Source: Armatimonadota bacterium
Lineage (GTDB): Bacteria > Armatimonadota > SYMT01
NCBI GenBank assembly: GCA_046292385.1
Contig: JBKBRF010000071.1
Span: 1 to 24,107, forward strand
Direction: 5' to 3'
Length of the DNA: 24,107 nucleotides
A model generated the notes under the pieces. The model was given only the letters and a program-made list of their open reading frames with translations, made no database searches and was not told where the DNA came from. Of the stretch, positions 1-7,599 are shown in pieces. Made by a program: the position numbers and the translations under genes. Position 1 is the first letter of the stretch, and every line of letters starts with the position of its first letter.

Positions 1-42
1 CAGTCTCCCTTTCGACGAGAGGGAATCTCTTCCGGGCTAGCC

Positions 43-68
43 TGTGGAGTGCGAATGCTTGCTTTCGC
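43..68 (+). repeat. REP-like palindrome (TGTGGAGTGCG..hairpin family), degenerate single copy
   Basis: TGTGGAGTGCGAATGCTTGCTTTCGC matches the left REP at 23885 (TGTGGAGTGCGGAAGCTCGCTTCCGC); internal hairpin GCGAATGC-TT-GCTTTCGC with one mismatch. Confidence 0.65.
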
Positions 69-224
69 GCCCCGCGCCAGCGGGGCACCGGAGAAGCTTC
101 CCGATTTCGCCAACAGTATCCGCAAGCGCGTCACTCCGGCAGTACCGTCGGGCTCCGCCCCCGATACGAACGAATGCTACGTCCCGGAAGGGTGCCGCTG
201 GAGCGACACGCCCCTCGTCCCTTT

Positions 225-248
225 GTGGGTTGACGAGCTTGCTCGGCC
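225..248 (+). repeat. GTGG-type REP-like hairpin
   Basis: GTGG followed by hairpin CGAGC-TT-GCTCG (234-245) with weak outer pairing; resembles the GTRG+palindrome REP layout; only one copy in window. Confidence 0.35.
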
Positions 249-303
249 TCCCTCTCGCGCCGATTCCTGCTTGCGCAAAGGGGTGAGTAGTTCCCGGATG
301 CTC

Positions 304-377
304 CAGGTTGCAGGTTGAGCTCCCCGATGCGTGGGGTTCGGAACCTGGAACCTGCTAACCTGCAACTTTCTAACCTA
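304..377. repeat. Inverted heptamer-array element (CAGGTTG x2 / (G/C/T)AACCTG x3-5)
   Basis: CAGGTTG at 304-310 and 311-317; reverse-complement-like units GAACCTG 341-347 and 348-354, CTAACCTG 355-362, degenerate units to 377. Confidence 0.7.
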
Positions 378-397
378 ACAGCATCGAGGGAGCGGCT

Positions 398-426
398 CTC
401 CCACTCTCCCTTGCTCCCACTCCCAC
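398..426. repeat. Octamer tandem array CTCCCACT (3-4 degenerate units)
   Basis: CTCCCACT 398-405, CTCCCTTG 406-413, CTCCCACT 414-421, CCCAC 422-426; lies 3 nt past the kinase stop codon. Confidence 0.6.
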
Positions 427-429
427 AAA

Positions 430-3081
430 TCAGCTGTCCCTGGTATCCAGCACTTCCCGCACGCGGACGGCCAGCTCCAAGGGTGAGCACGGCTTCTGGA
501 TCAGCAGCGCGCCGGAACGCTCCACGCCGTGGCGGAGGACGGCGTCGTCGGTGTGGCCGGTCATGTAGAGCACGCGCGTGGAGGGGCGAAGCTCCCCCAG
601 CCGGTCCGCCAGTTCGCGGCCGCTCATGCCGGGCATCACCACGTCGGTGAGCAGCAGGTGGATCTCCCCGTCGTGCGCGGCGGCGAGGGAGAGCGCGGCG
701 GTCCCGCTCTCCGCTTCCAGCACGGAGTAGCCCGCGCCGCGCAGCACATCACCCACCAGCCGCCGCACCATCTCCTCGTCCTCGGCGAGTAAGATCGTCT
801 CACGGCCTCCGGGGAGCGGGCCCGCGGCCGGAGCGGCCGGCCGCTCTGCCGGCGGTGCCGTCGCGGCCGCCGGGAGGTAGATCTCGAAGGTGGTACCGGC
901 TCCCGGCTCGCTCCAGACGGCGATGTGACCGCGGCACTGCTCCACGATGGCGTAGGTGGTGGCGAGTCCGAGCCCGACCCCTTCTCCCAGCGGCTTGGTG
1001 GTGAAGAACGGCTCGAAGATCTGCGCCAGCGTGTCGCTGTCCATCCCGCAGCCGACGTCCGTCACTCGGAGCAGCACGTACTCGCCGGGGGTGAGGTCGC
1101 CCATTCGCGCCGCTTCCCGCGCGCGCAGTCTCACCCGCTCGGTCTCGATCGAGAGGCGGCCGCCGCGCGGCATCGCGTCGCGAGCGTTGAGCGCCAGGTT
1201 CATTAGCACCTGCTGCATCTGCGCCGGGTCCGCCGTGATCCACGCGGCGGCCGGCGCGAGACGCGTCACCAGGTCGATGTCCTCCCCGATCAGGCGCCGG
1301 AGCATGCGGCTGACCTCCAGGACCAGCTCGTTCAGATCGAGCTGCTGGAACTGGGCGATCTGCTTGCGGCTGAAGGTGAGGAGCTGGCGGGTTAAGCCGG
1401 CCGCGCGGTCGGCGGCGGCGCTGATCTCCGTCAGATAGCCCCGCCGGCGGTCGCCGGGAGGCCAATCCGCCAGCAGCAACTCGGCATAGCCGTTGATCAC
1501 GGCGAGCATGTTGTTGAAGTCGTGCGCCACGCCCCCCGCCAGGCGGCCGATCGCCTGCATCTTTTGCGCCTGGCGGAGCTGCTGCTCCAGCAGCTTCTGC
1601 TCGGTGACGTCCCGGTTGGCGCTCAGGATCGCGGTGCGGCCGGCGTAGTGGACCGCGGTGGCATGGATCTCCAGGTGCATCCGGGCGCCGTCGCGTCTCC
1701 GGTGGACCGTCTCGAAGTGGTGGAACACGCCGGGGCCCGCCAGCGTCGCCTCCACCTGCTCCCGGCCGTAAGGGATGTTCGTCGAGAGGTCCAGGATGGA
1801 GCGACCCACCAGTTCGTCTCGAGAGAAGCCGTACATCCGGCAGGCACGCTCGTTCGCTTCGAGCACGGCTTCCGTGTCGGGGTCCAGGATCAGGAGGCCA
1901 TCGTGCGAGGCTTCGAAGAGGCCGCGGTAGTCGAGCTCCGACCGGCGGAGCGCCGCTTCGACCCGGTGGCGCTCCGTCACGTCGCGGGTGTTAACGACGA
2001 TCCCCTCCACCGCCTCGTCCTGGAGCAGGTTGGCGCCGATCGCCTCCAGCACTCGCCAGGTGCCGTCCCCGTGCCGGAACTGGAGCTCCACCCGCTCCAG
2101 GCCGCCCGGACGGGCGAGAAGTCGCTGGAACGCCTCTGTAACCCGCGGCAGATCGCGCGGATGGACCTGCTCGAAGACGCTCCGGCCCAGCAGCTCCGTC
2201 GGCTCGTACCCGAGCACGTGCCGGATCGGAGGGCTCTGGTAGCGGATCCGGCCCTCCTCGTCGAGGATCGACACGACCTCGGAGCCGCGCTCCACCAGCG
2301 CCCGGAAGCGCTGCTCGCTGCGGAGACGATCGGCCTCCGCTTTCCGCTGCTCCGTGACGTCGCGAGAGTTGACCACGATTCCGGCGATATCGGGGTTTTC
2401 GAGCAGATTCCTGGCGATCGACTCGAGGCGCCGCCACTCCCCGGAGCGGGTGCGTGCCCGGTACTCCGCCCTCACCGGCTGGTCCGGCAGCGAGAGCGCC
2501 CGCACCAGCATCTCCCGGAACCGCGGCTCGTCTTCCGGGTGGACCAGCACCTGAAAGCTGGTGCCGGCGAGCTCCTGGGTGGTAAAGCCGAGGATGCGCT
2601 CCAGCGCGGCGCTCTGGAAGCAGACGGTACCGTCCCGCTCCAGGATCGAGATGATCTCGGACGCGTGCTGGATCAGTGCTCGGAATCGCACTTCCCGGCG
2701 GCGGAGCAGGGTCTCCATCTCCGGCTTGGACCCGCCCGGCAGCTCCAGCGACACGAGCCAGGTGTCCGGCTCGCCGTCTGCCGGCACCGGGCTGAAGAGT
2801 ACCGTTCCGGATCTCGGATCGCCGCTCCGCACCGCCGCCGGAGCCGAGATCGCTTTCCCCGTCTCGAGCGCGGCCGGGCTCGGCAGCTCGACGTCCAGGT
2901 AGTCGGTGAGCGGTCGCCCCGCGCACCCGTCCGGCGCGCCAAGCAGCCGCGCGGCAGGAGGAGCCGCCGTGAGGACGGTGCCGTGCGGATCGATCAGCAG
3001 CACCGCGGATCCGAGTTGTCCGAAGATCGCTTCCAGTCGTGAGTCGGTCATGAGAGCGGGCGCGCTATCATGATCTTTCAT
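430..3081 (-). CDS. Cytoplasmic PAS/PAC hybrid sensor histidine kinase (4 PAS + HisKA + HATPase + REC; CckA-like architecture)
   Basis: Repeated PAS-PAC signatures (VHPEDE, VHPRDL, RDVTE/Q); H-box LAGGVAHDFNNML; N-box QVLMNLALNARDAM; G/F boxes DVGCGM, IFEPFFTTK, GVGLGL; receiver ILLAEDE..LLLTDVVMPGMSG..QKP; no TM segment. Alternative start at 3051. Confidence 0.95.
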   Translation of the reverse strand: MKDHDSAPALMTDSRLEAIFGQLGSAVLLIDPHGTVLTAAPPAARLLGAPDGCAGRPLTDYLDVELPSPAALETGKAISAPAAVRSGDPRSGTVLFSPVPADGEPDTWLVSLELPGGSKPEMETLLRRREVRFRALIQHASEIISILERDGTVCFQSAALERILGFTTQELAGTSFQVLVHPEDEPRFREMLVRALSLPDQPVRAEYRARTRSGEWRRLESIARNLLENPDIAGIVVNSRDVTEQRKAEADRLRSEQRFRALVERGSEVVSILDEEGRIRYQSPPIRHVLGYEPTELLGRSVFEQVHPRDLPRVTEAFQRLLARPGGLERVELQFRHGDGTWRVLEAIGANLLQDEAVEGIVVNTRDVTERHRVEAALRRSELDYRGLFEASHDGLLILDPDTEAVLEANERACRMYGFSRDELVGRSILDLSTNIPYGREQVEATLAGPGVFHHFETVHRRRDGARMHLEIHATAVHYAGRTAILSANRDVTEQKLLEQQLRQAQKMQAIGRLAGGVAHDFNNMLAVINGYAELLLADWPPGDRRRGYLTEISAAADRAAGLTRQLLTFSRKQIAQFQQLDLNELVLEVSRMLRRLIGEDIDLVTRLAPAAAWITADPAQMQQVLMNLALNARDAMPRGGRLSIETERVRLRAREAARMGDLTPGEYVLLRVTDVGCGMDSDTLAQIFEPFFTTKPLGEGVGLGLATTYAIVEQCRGHIAVWSEPGAGTTFEIYLPAAATAPPAERPAAPAAGPLPGGRETILLAEDEEMVRRLVGDVLRGAGYSVLEAESGTAALSLAAAHDGEIHLLLTDVVMPGMSGRELADRLGELRPSTRVLYMTGHTDDAVLRHGVERSGALLIQKPCSPLELAVRVREVLDTRDS

Positions 3082-3208
3082 GTCGGAGAGCCTGGTCGGG
3101 GAGGGGTTCTGTGTGTGGGGAGCTATCTAGGTTCGAGCCCAGCAAGAAACGTTCCAACCCACCCGATCCGCGGCATTCGTGCCGCAACTCTCACGCCGAA
3201 GTGGCGAG

Positions 3209-4273
3209 CTATCGGTCCAGAGCGGCCCTCAGCAGCCGCAGGGTGTTCTCACCGAGAATCTTGCGAATCTCCGCGGGGGCGTACCCGCGCGCCAGCAGGC
3301 CTTCCGTCAGCCGCGGATACTCCCCGGCGTGCGGCAGCGCGGTGCCGCCGCCGTCGAAGTCCGACCCGAGCCCGACGTGCTCGATCCCCGCGACCCGTAC
3401 CGCGTGATCGACGTGGTCGAGCAGCCGCGACAGCATCTCCGCCGCTCCCGCCCCGTAACTCCATCCTTCCGAGAGGAAGCTCGGAACGAAGGTGATCCCC
3501 ACCACGCCGCCGGCGCCGGCCAGCGCGCGAAGCTGGTCGTCCGAGAGGTTCCGCGGATGCGGACAGAGCGCGGCGCAGCAGCTATGCGATGCGATGACCG
3601 GCCGGCTGCTCACACGGAGGGTGTCGTAGAAGCCCCGCTCCGCGATGTGGGAGACGTCGACCAGCATCCCGAGCCGGTTCATCTCCCGCACCAGCCGCTC
3701 GCCGAAGCGCGTCAGCCCGCCGCCGCTCGCCGACTCCGCGTTCCCGGCCGCCGCCCAGGAGCTGGGGTTGTGCGTCAGCGTCAGCGAGCGCACGCCGGCG
3801 TGGTGGAGAAGCTGAAGGGCGTTCAGGCTCCCTTCCAGCGCGTCGCTGTTCTCCACGACCAGCACCGCCGCGAGCCGGCCCTCCCGCCGCGCTCCCTCGA
3901 TCTCGGCCGCGGAGCGCGCCACCACCACCTGCCCCTCCAGCTCCTCCAGGTCGGTCAGGAAGTAGCCGAGCGCGTCGACGGCGTAGGCGAGGTGGTTCTT
4001 CCACGCCCGGGTCACGTCGACCGCGAAGAAGGCGCAGTCGATCCCGCCTTCCCGCAGCCGGGAGAGGGAGACCTGCCCGTTCCAGAGGGTCTCCTCTGGC
4101 TGCAGCGGACCGCGGAGCAGGGAAACGAGGCCCTCCCGCGCCGCCAGCGTGGGACTCGGCTGGGCGGAGAGGCTGAGGCCGCCGCGCCGGATCAGCGACA
4201 CGATCGCGTCGTTGTGCGAATCGATGACGAGCGAATCGGCGTGGAGGCGGTAGACTTCATTCAGGTCCGGCAT
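3209..4273 (-). CDS. Membrane/renal dipeptidase family (peptidase M19), amidohydrolase fold
   Basis: Motifs IDSHND, LTHN, GMLVDVSH, ASHS, HPRNLSDDQL, HVGLGSDFDG, KILGENTLR; start set at ATG 4273 (MPDLNEV) behind GGAGG. Confidence 0.92.
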   Translation of the reverse strand: MPDLNEVYRLHADSLVIDSHNDAIVSLIRRGGLSLSAQPSPTLAAREGLVSLLRGPLQPEETLWNGQVSLSRLREGGIDCAFFAVDVTRAWKNHLAYAVDALGYFLTDLEELEGQVVVARSAAEIEGARREGRLAAVLVVENSDALEGSLNALQLLHHAGVRSLTLTHNPSSWAAAGNAESASGGGLTRFGERLVREMNRLGMLVDVSHIAERGFYDTLRVSSRPVIASHSCCAALCPHPRNLSDDQLRALAGAGGVVGITFVPSFLSEGWSYGAGAAEMLSRLLDHVDHAVRVAGIEHVGLGSDFDGGGTALPHAGEYPRLTEGLLARGYAPAEIRKILGENTLRLLRAALDR

Positions 4274-4467
4274 CGCGTGCTTTTCCTCCGGCTGGGCATT
4301 CCTCAGATATTCGGTCGCCGCGGCCCGGCCCCTACCCCGCGCGCCGAACCTCTCCTCCAGGCGCCCGTCCGGCGACGGCTCCGCCCCACGTTTAGGAACC
4401 AAAGGCACGGGTAAACCTGGGCTGGGCGCGTCCCCGCCCCACTCGCGCGCGTGTACGGAGCGGTTCC

Positions 4468-5634
4468 ATGTCCCTCGTCTCCTCCGCCGGCGCTCCCTCG
4501 CAGCCGGTCGAGCACCTCGCTTCCTCCCCACAGCTCTGTGTGGCCCAGGTGGTCCGGAGTCTCGATACCGGCGGCCAGGAGATGCTCTGCGCGCGCCTGG
4601 CGGAGGGACTGGAGCGCGGGGCGTTCCGGCCGATCGTGATCTCGCTGCTGGGGGGAGGCTGGCTCACCCGCCGGCTCGAGGAGCAAGGCATACCGGTCCA
4701 TTGCCTGAACGCGCCGGAGGGCTTCCGGCCGGAGCTGGTGCTGCGGCTCGCCCGTCTCTTTCGCGCGGAGGGGGTCGACGTTGCCCACTGTCACAACCAG
4801 AAGGCGATCTTCTACGGCGGCCTCGCCACGCTGCTCGCGCCGCGGACCCGGCTGGTGATTACCAAGCACGGACGCACGCCCTGGACCGGCGCCTCCGTCT
4901 CCCCCGCGCTGCGCCTCGCGGCCCGGCGAGCGCGCGCCGTCATCGCCGTTTCCGGCGACGTCGCCAGCCTGCTGCAGGAGGGGCGCTGGGCGGCGGCGGA
5001 CCAGCTCGAGACAGTCTTGAACGGGGTCGATACGGAGGAGTTCACCGCCGGCGATCCGGCCGCGGCGCGGTCCGCGCTCGGGCTGCCGCCGGAAGCGCGG
5101 GTCGTAGGCACCGTGGCGCGGCTGGAGGCGGTAAAGGACCAGGCGACCCTGCTCCGCGGCTTCGCCCAGGTCTACCAGGAGCGGCCGGACGCCTGGCTCG
5201 TGCTGGCGGGAGACGGCACTCTGCGCGGGAGTTTGGAGGAGCTGGCGCGCTCGCTCGGCATTACGGATCGGACGCGGTTCCTCGGCGACCGCAGCGACGT
5301 TGCAGGGATACTGCCGGCGCTCGACGTCTTCTGCCTCCCCTCCCTGAGCGAAGGCACCTCGCTCACGCTGCTGGAGGCGATGTCGTGCGAGCGGCCGGTG
5401 GTCGCCACGGCGGTCGGCGGCAACCCGGAAGTGGTGGCGGACGGGCGCTCCGGCTTCCTCATCCCGCCCCAGCGCCCGGACCTCCTCGCGGAGCGGATCC
5501 TGACGCTCATCCAGAACCGCCCCCAGGCCCGCCTCTTCGGCAGCGAAGGCCGCCGAATCGTCGAGGCCCGCTACAGCCTCCGCGCCATGCTCTCGCGTCA
5601 CCAGGAGATCTACTTAAAGGCAAAAGGCCTCTAA
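4468..5634 (+). CDS. Glycosyltransferase family 4 (GT-B)
   Basis: SLDTGGQE, HCHN, NGVD, VGTVARLEAVKD, DVFCLPSLSEGTSLTLLEAM (EX7E), PVVATAVGGNPEVV; the last residues KAKGL are encoded by a repeat array. Confidence 0.93.
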   Translation: MSLVSSAGAPSQPVEHLASSPQLCVAQVVRSLDTGGQEMLCARLAEGLERGAFRPIVISLLGGGWLTRRLEEQGIPVHCLNAPEGFRPELVLRLARLFRAEGVDVAHCHNQKAIFYGGLATLLAPRTRLVITKHGRTPWTGASVSPALRLAARRARAVIAVSGDVASLLQEGRWAAADQLETVLNGVDTEEFTAGDPAAARSALGLPPEARVVGTVARLEAVKDQATLLRGFAQVYQERPDAWLVLAGDGTLRGSLEELARSLGITDRTRFLGDRSDVAGILPALDVFCLPSLSEGTSLTLLEAMSCERPVVATAVGGNPEVVADGRSGFLIPPQRPDLLAERILTLIQNRPQARLFGSEGRRIVEARYSLRAMLSRHQEIYLKAKGL

Positions 5635-5797
5635 AGGCAAAAGTCAAAAGGCTAAAGTAGGAACGGGCTGCGCATGGTGCGGGGAGTCCGCACTCGTCAT
5701 CGAATGATGGGGCCAGTATCGAGAGGTACGGGAACCCGTCTGCGCGAAAGCCCGGTTCGGAACTTTAGCCTTTAGCCTTTATACTTTTGCCTTTAAG
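5613..5797. mobile_element. Fold-back heptamer-armed insertion (MITE-like), AAAGGCW family, bounded by TTAA
   Basis: Perfect 14-bp IR 5613-5626/5784-5797 (CTTAAAGGCAAAAG) and 12-bp IR 5647-5658/5762-5773; TTAA at 5614-5617 and 5793-5796; AT-rich against a high-GC background. Mobility is inferred. Confidence 0.6.
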
Positions 5798-5887
5798 GGC
5801 GGCGTTTGGGGAGCAAGCGCTCCTGGGGATGACCCGCTGACGAGGCCCGCTCCTCGTCATCAGGGAATCAACAAGGAGCAGAACGCC

Positions 5888-7030
5888 ATGTCCGTCTGGC
5901 AGTGGATCTTCTGGCTGGCAGCGGCTTACGTCTTCTATACGTACCTCGGCTATCCGGCCCTTCTCGCGGTCCTGCGGACCGTCCGGAGCGCGAAGCAGAC
6001 CCCGCCCGATCCCGCCTTCACCCCCCGCGTGGCGGTGATCCTGACCGTCCGCAACGAAGAGAACAATATCGCGCAGAAGCTCGACGACCTGCTGGCGCAG
6101 GACTACCCGGCCGAGCTGCTGGAGATCTGGGTCGCCTCCGACCAGTCGACCGACGGCACCAACGACGTCGTCCGCCGCTATCGCGAGCGGAACCCGCGCG
6201 TGCACCTGGTCGAGTACACGGAGAACATCGGGAAGTCGGTCGCCATCAACCGCACCATGCCGCTCTTCGACGCGGAGTTCGTGGTGATGTCCGACGTGCG
6301 GCAGCGAGTCGACCCGGACGCGATCCGGAAGATGGTGGCCCACTTCGCCGATCCGCGGGTCGGGGTGGTCGGCGCGGAGATGACGCTGGTGGACGCCGGC
6401 GGCCAGGCTTCCAGCGAGTGCACCGGCCTCTACTGGCGCTACGAGCGGGCGGTACGCCGGCTCGAATCGGAGCTGGGCCTGCTCTGCGGCGTCTCCGGCG
6501 CCTTCCTGGCGGTGCGCCGCAGCATCTTCCGCGACATTCCCGCGGGCAGCTACTGCGAAGACGTCACGCTGGCACTCTACGCGCGTTCGGCCGGGATGCA
6601 GGTGCGCTGGGAGCCCGGCGCGCGAATCTACGAGGTGATGCGGGACCCGTACACGGAGTTCCGGCGGAAGGTCCGCACGTTGGTCGGCAACTACCAGCTT
6701 CTCTCGCAGTTCTGGCAGATGTACCTGCCGTGGCGCGGCAGCACCGCCTTCTCCCTGCTGAGCCACAAGGTCTGCCGGCTCTTCATTCCGCTGGCGCTGG
6801 CGGCGCTCTTCCTCTCCGCCGCGGTCGCCGGCGCGGCGCACCCGTTCTACGTGGTGGCGGCGCTGGCGCAGACGGCGTTCTACCTGGCCGGCACGCTCGG
6901 AATCGCGTTCGCGGCGATGCGCAGGTCGCGCCTGGTGAACGCGTGCGGCGCCTTCTGCATGCTCAACTGGGCGGCCCTGGTGGCGCTGGTCCACGTGCTC
7001 CGGCACGGCCCGCGCATCCAGTGGCGGTAG
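5888..7030 (+). CDS. Membrane glycosyltransferase family 2 (CESA-like / PgaC-IcaA-like)
   Basis: N-terminal TM; VRNEE, SDQSTDGT, GKSVAIN, SDVR (DxD position), GVSGAF, CEDV, EFRRKVR at the QxxRW position; C-terminal TM helices; SD AAGGAG upstream. Confidence 0.9.
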   Translation: MSVWQWIFWLAAAYVFYTYLGYPALLAVLRTVRSAKQTPPDPAFTPRVAVILTVRNEENNIAQKLDDLLAQDYPAELLEIWVASDQSTDGTNDVVRRYRERNPRVHLVEYTENIGKSVAINRTMPLFDAEFVVMSDVRQRVDPDAIRKMVAHFADPRVGVVGAEMTLVDAGGQASSECTGLYWRYERAVRRLESELGLLCGVSGAFLAVRRSIFRDIPAGSYCEDVTLALYARSAGMQVRWEPGARIYEVMRDPYTEFRRKVRTLVGNYQLLSQFWQMYLPWRGSTAFSLLSHKVCRLFIPLALAALFLSAAVAGAAHPFYVVAALAQTAFYLAGTLGIAFAAMRRSRLVNACGAFCMLNWAALVALVHVLRHGPRIQWR

Positions 7031-7060
7031 CCGCGGCATCCGACGCTTGAATCCGACCAC

Positions 7061-7097
7061 AAGGGGCGGAGTCCGCAGGGGCTCCGCCCTCTTTTTC
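7061..7097 (+). terminator. Intrinsic terminator after GT2 gene
   Basis: GGGCGGAGTCC-GCAG-GGGCTCCGCCC stem (7064-7089) followed by TCTTTTT. Confidence 0.75.
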
Positions 7098-7153
7098 GTG
7101 CCTGGCTACCCCCGGACCCGGATCGCGAGCGTAGCCATACCGGCAGCGACTCA

Positions 7154-7227
7154 AGCTCCCAAGGACGCGACGGAGCCACAGGGGTCGCCAGCGAGCAGGA
7201 GCAGGAGTTGTCGATGACCTTCCCGGT
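7154..7227 (+). repeat. Dispersed repeat copy A (GAGCAG hexamer-containing)
   Basis: 22-nt identity GGGTCGCCAGCGAGCAGGAGCA at 7182-7203 and 20035-20056, colinear similarity upstream (AGCTC..GGAC..CGGA..CAC) and GACCTTCCC(C)GGT downstream. Confidence 0.8.
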
Positions 7228-7270
7228 CACCCGCGGCCATGAAAGGTGCGGCGGCGGATCCTGCTTACGG

Positions 7271-7316
7271 GGCCTCACCCTTCCCTCGCAGGGAAGGGGG
7301 TTTGGGGGGTTAGGCC
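7271..7316. repeat. REP-like nested hairpin
   Basis: CCCTTCCCT-CGC-AGGGAAGGG (7278-7298) nested in GGCCTCACCC/GGGTTAGGCC; partial relative CCCTTCCAGGGAGAGGGG at 7483-7500. Confidence 0.55.
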
Positions 7317-7357
7317 GCGCCGGATGGTCCACCTGCCGCTCCCGCCTCATAGCCTCT

Positions 7358-7390
7358 GAGAAAGAGAAGGAGAACGAGAAGGAGTGCGAG
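7358..7390 (+). repeat. Hexamer tandem array GAGAAV
   Basis: GAGAAA GAGAAG GAGAAC GAGAAG GAGTGC GAG. Confidence 0.65.
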
Positions 7391-7413
7391 CCGCCGCCCA
7401 CGGAGGGTTCGGA

Positions 7414-7451
7414 TTCATCCTTCATCCTTCATCCTTCATCCTTCATCCTTC
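7414..7451 (+). repeat. Perfect heptamer tandem repeat (TTCATCC)x5 + TTC
   Basis: Units at 7414, 7421, 7428, 7435, 7442; degenerate relative at 18939-18970. Confidence 0.95.
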
Positions 7452-7599
7452 GAAAGAAGCCCCCGCCTGCCTGGGGCGTTAGCCCTTCCAGGGAGAGGGG
7501 TTTAGGATCTGGCGATGCCGGGATTAACGGATTAGCCGGCGCCAGCCGGGTGCCAGGCCCCAGGAGGGCAGGCAGCGATCAACAGATGGAGAGTTCCAG

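Noticed and set aside
44..365. Small ORFs in the first intergenic region and in other repeat-rich spacers (e.g. 7208-7606, 12524-12863)
   Set aside because: Translations reflect repeat periodicity (LHPSSFI, YGIRTT), with no SD or coding bias
1522..3042. 506-aa + strand ORF and other long ORFs antisense to real genes (e.g. 3179-4414, 4303-5601, 5765-7060, 9547-10797, 12994-14250, 18879-20150, 20922-22280)
   Set aside because: Shadow frames expected from high GC3 codon bias; no recognisable motifs and fully overlapped by well-supported genes
4395..4420. Possible sigma54 or ECF promoter upstream of GT4 (GGAACC, AGGCACG)
   Set aside because: The required second elements (TTGC at -12, or CGTC/GTT at 16-17 nt) are absent
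5837..5862. CTGACGAG resembling a hammerhead core
   Set aside because: No GAAA after stem II; explained as a simple hairpin TGACGAGG/CCTCGTCA
7023..7030. ops-like GGCGGTAG before a terminator in a glycan cluster
   Set aside because: The same 8-mer also occurs on the non-coding strand of unrelated genes (near 4246 and 15908); expected by chance at this GC content and it lacks the downstream TG
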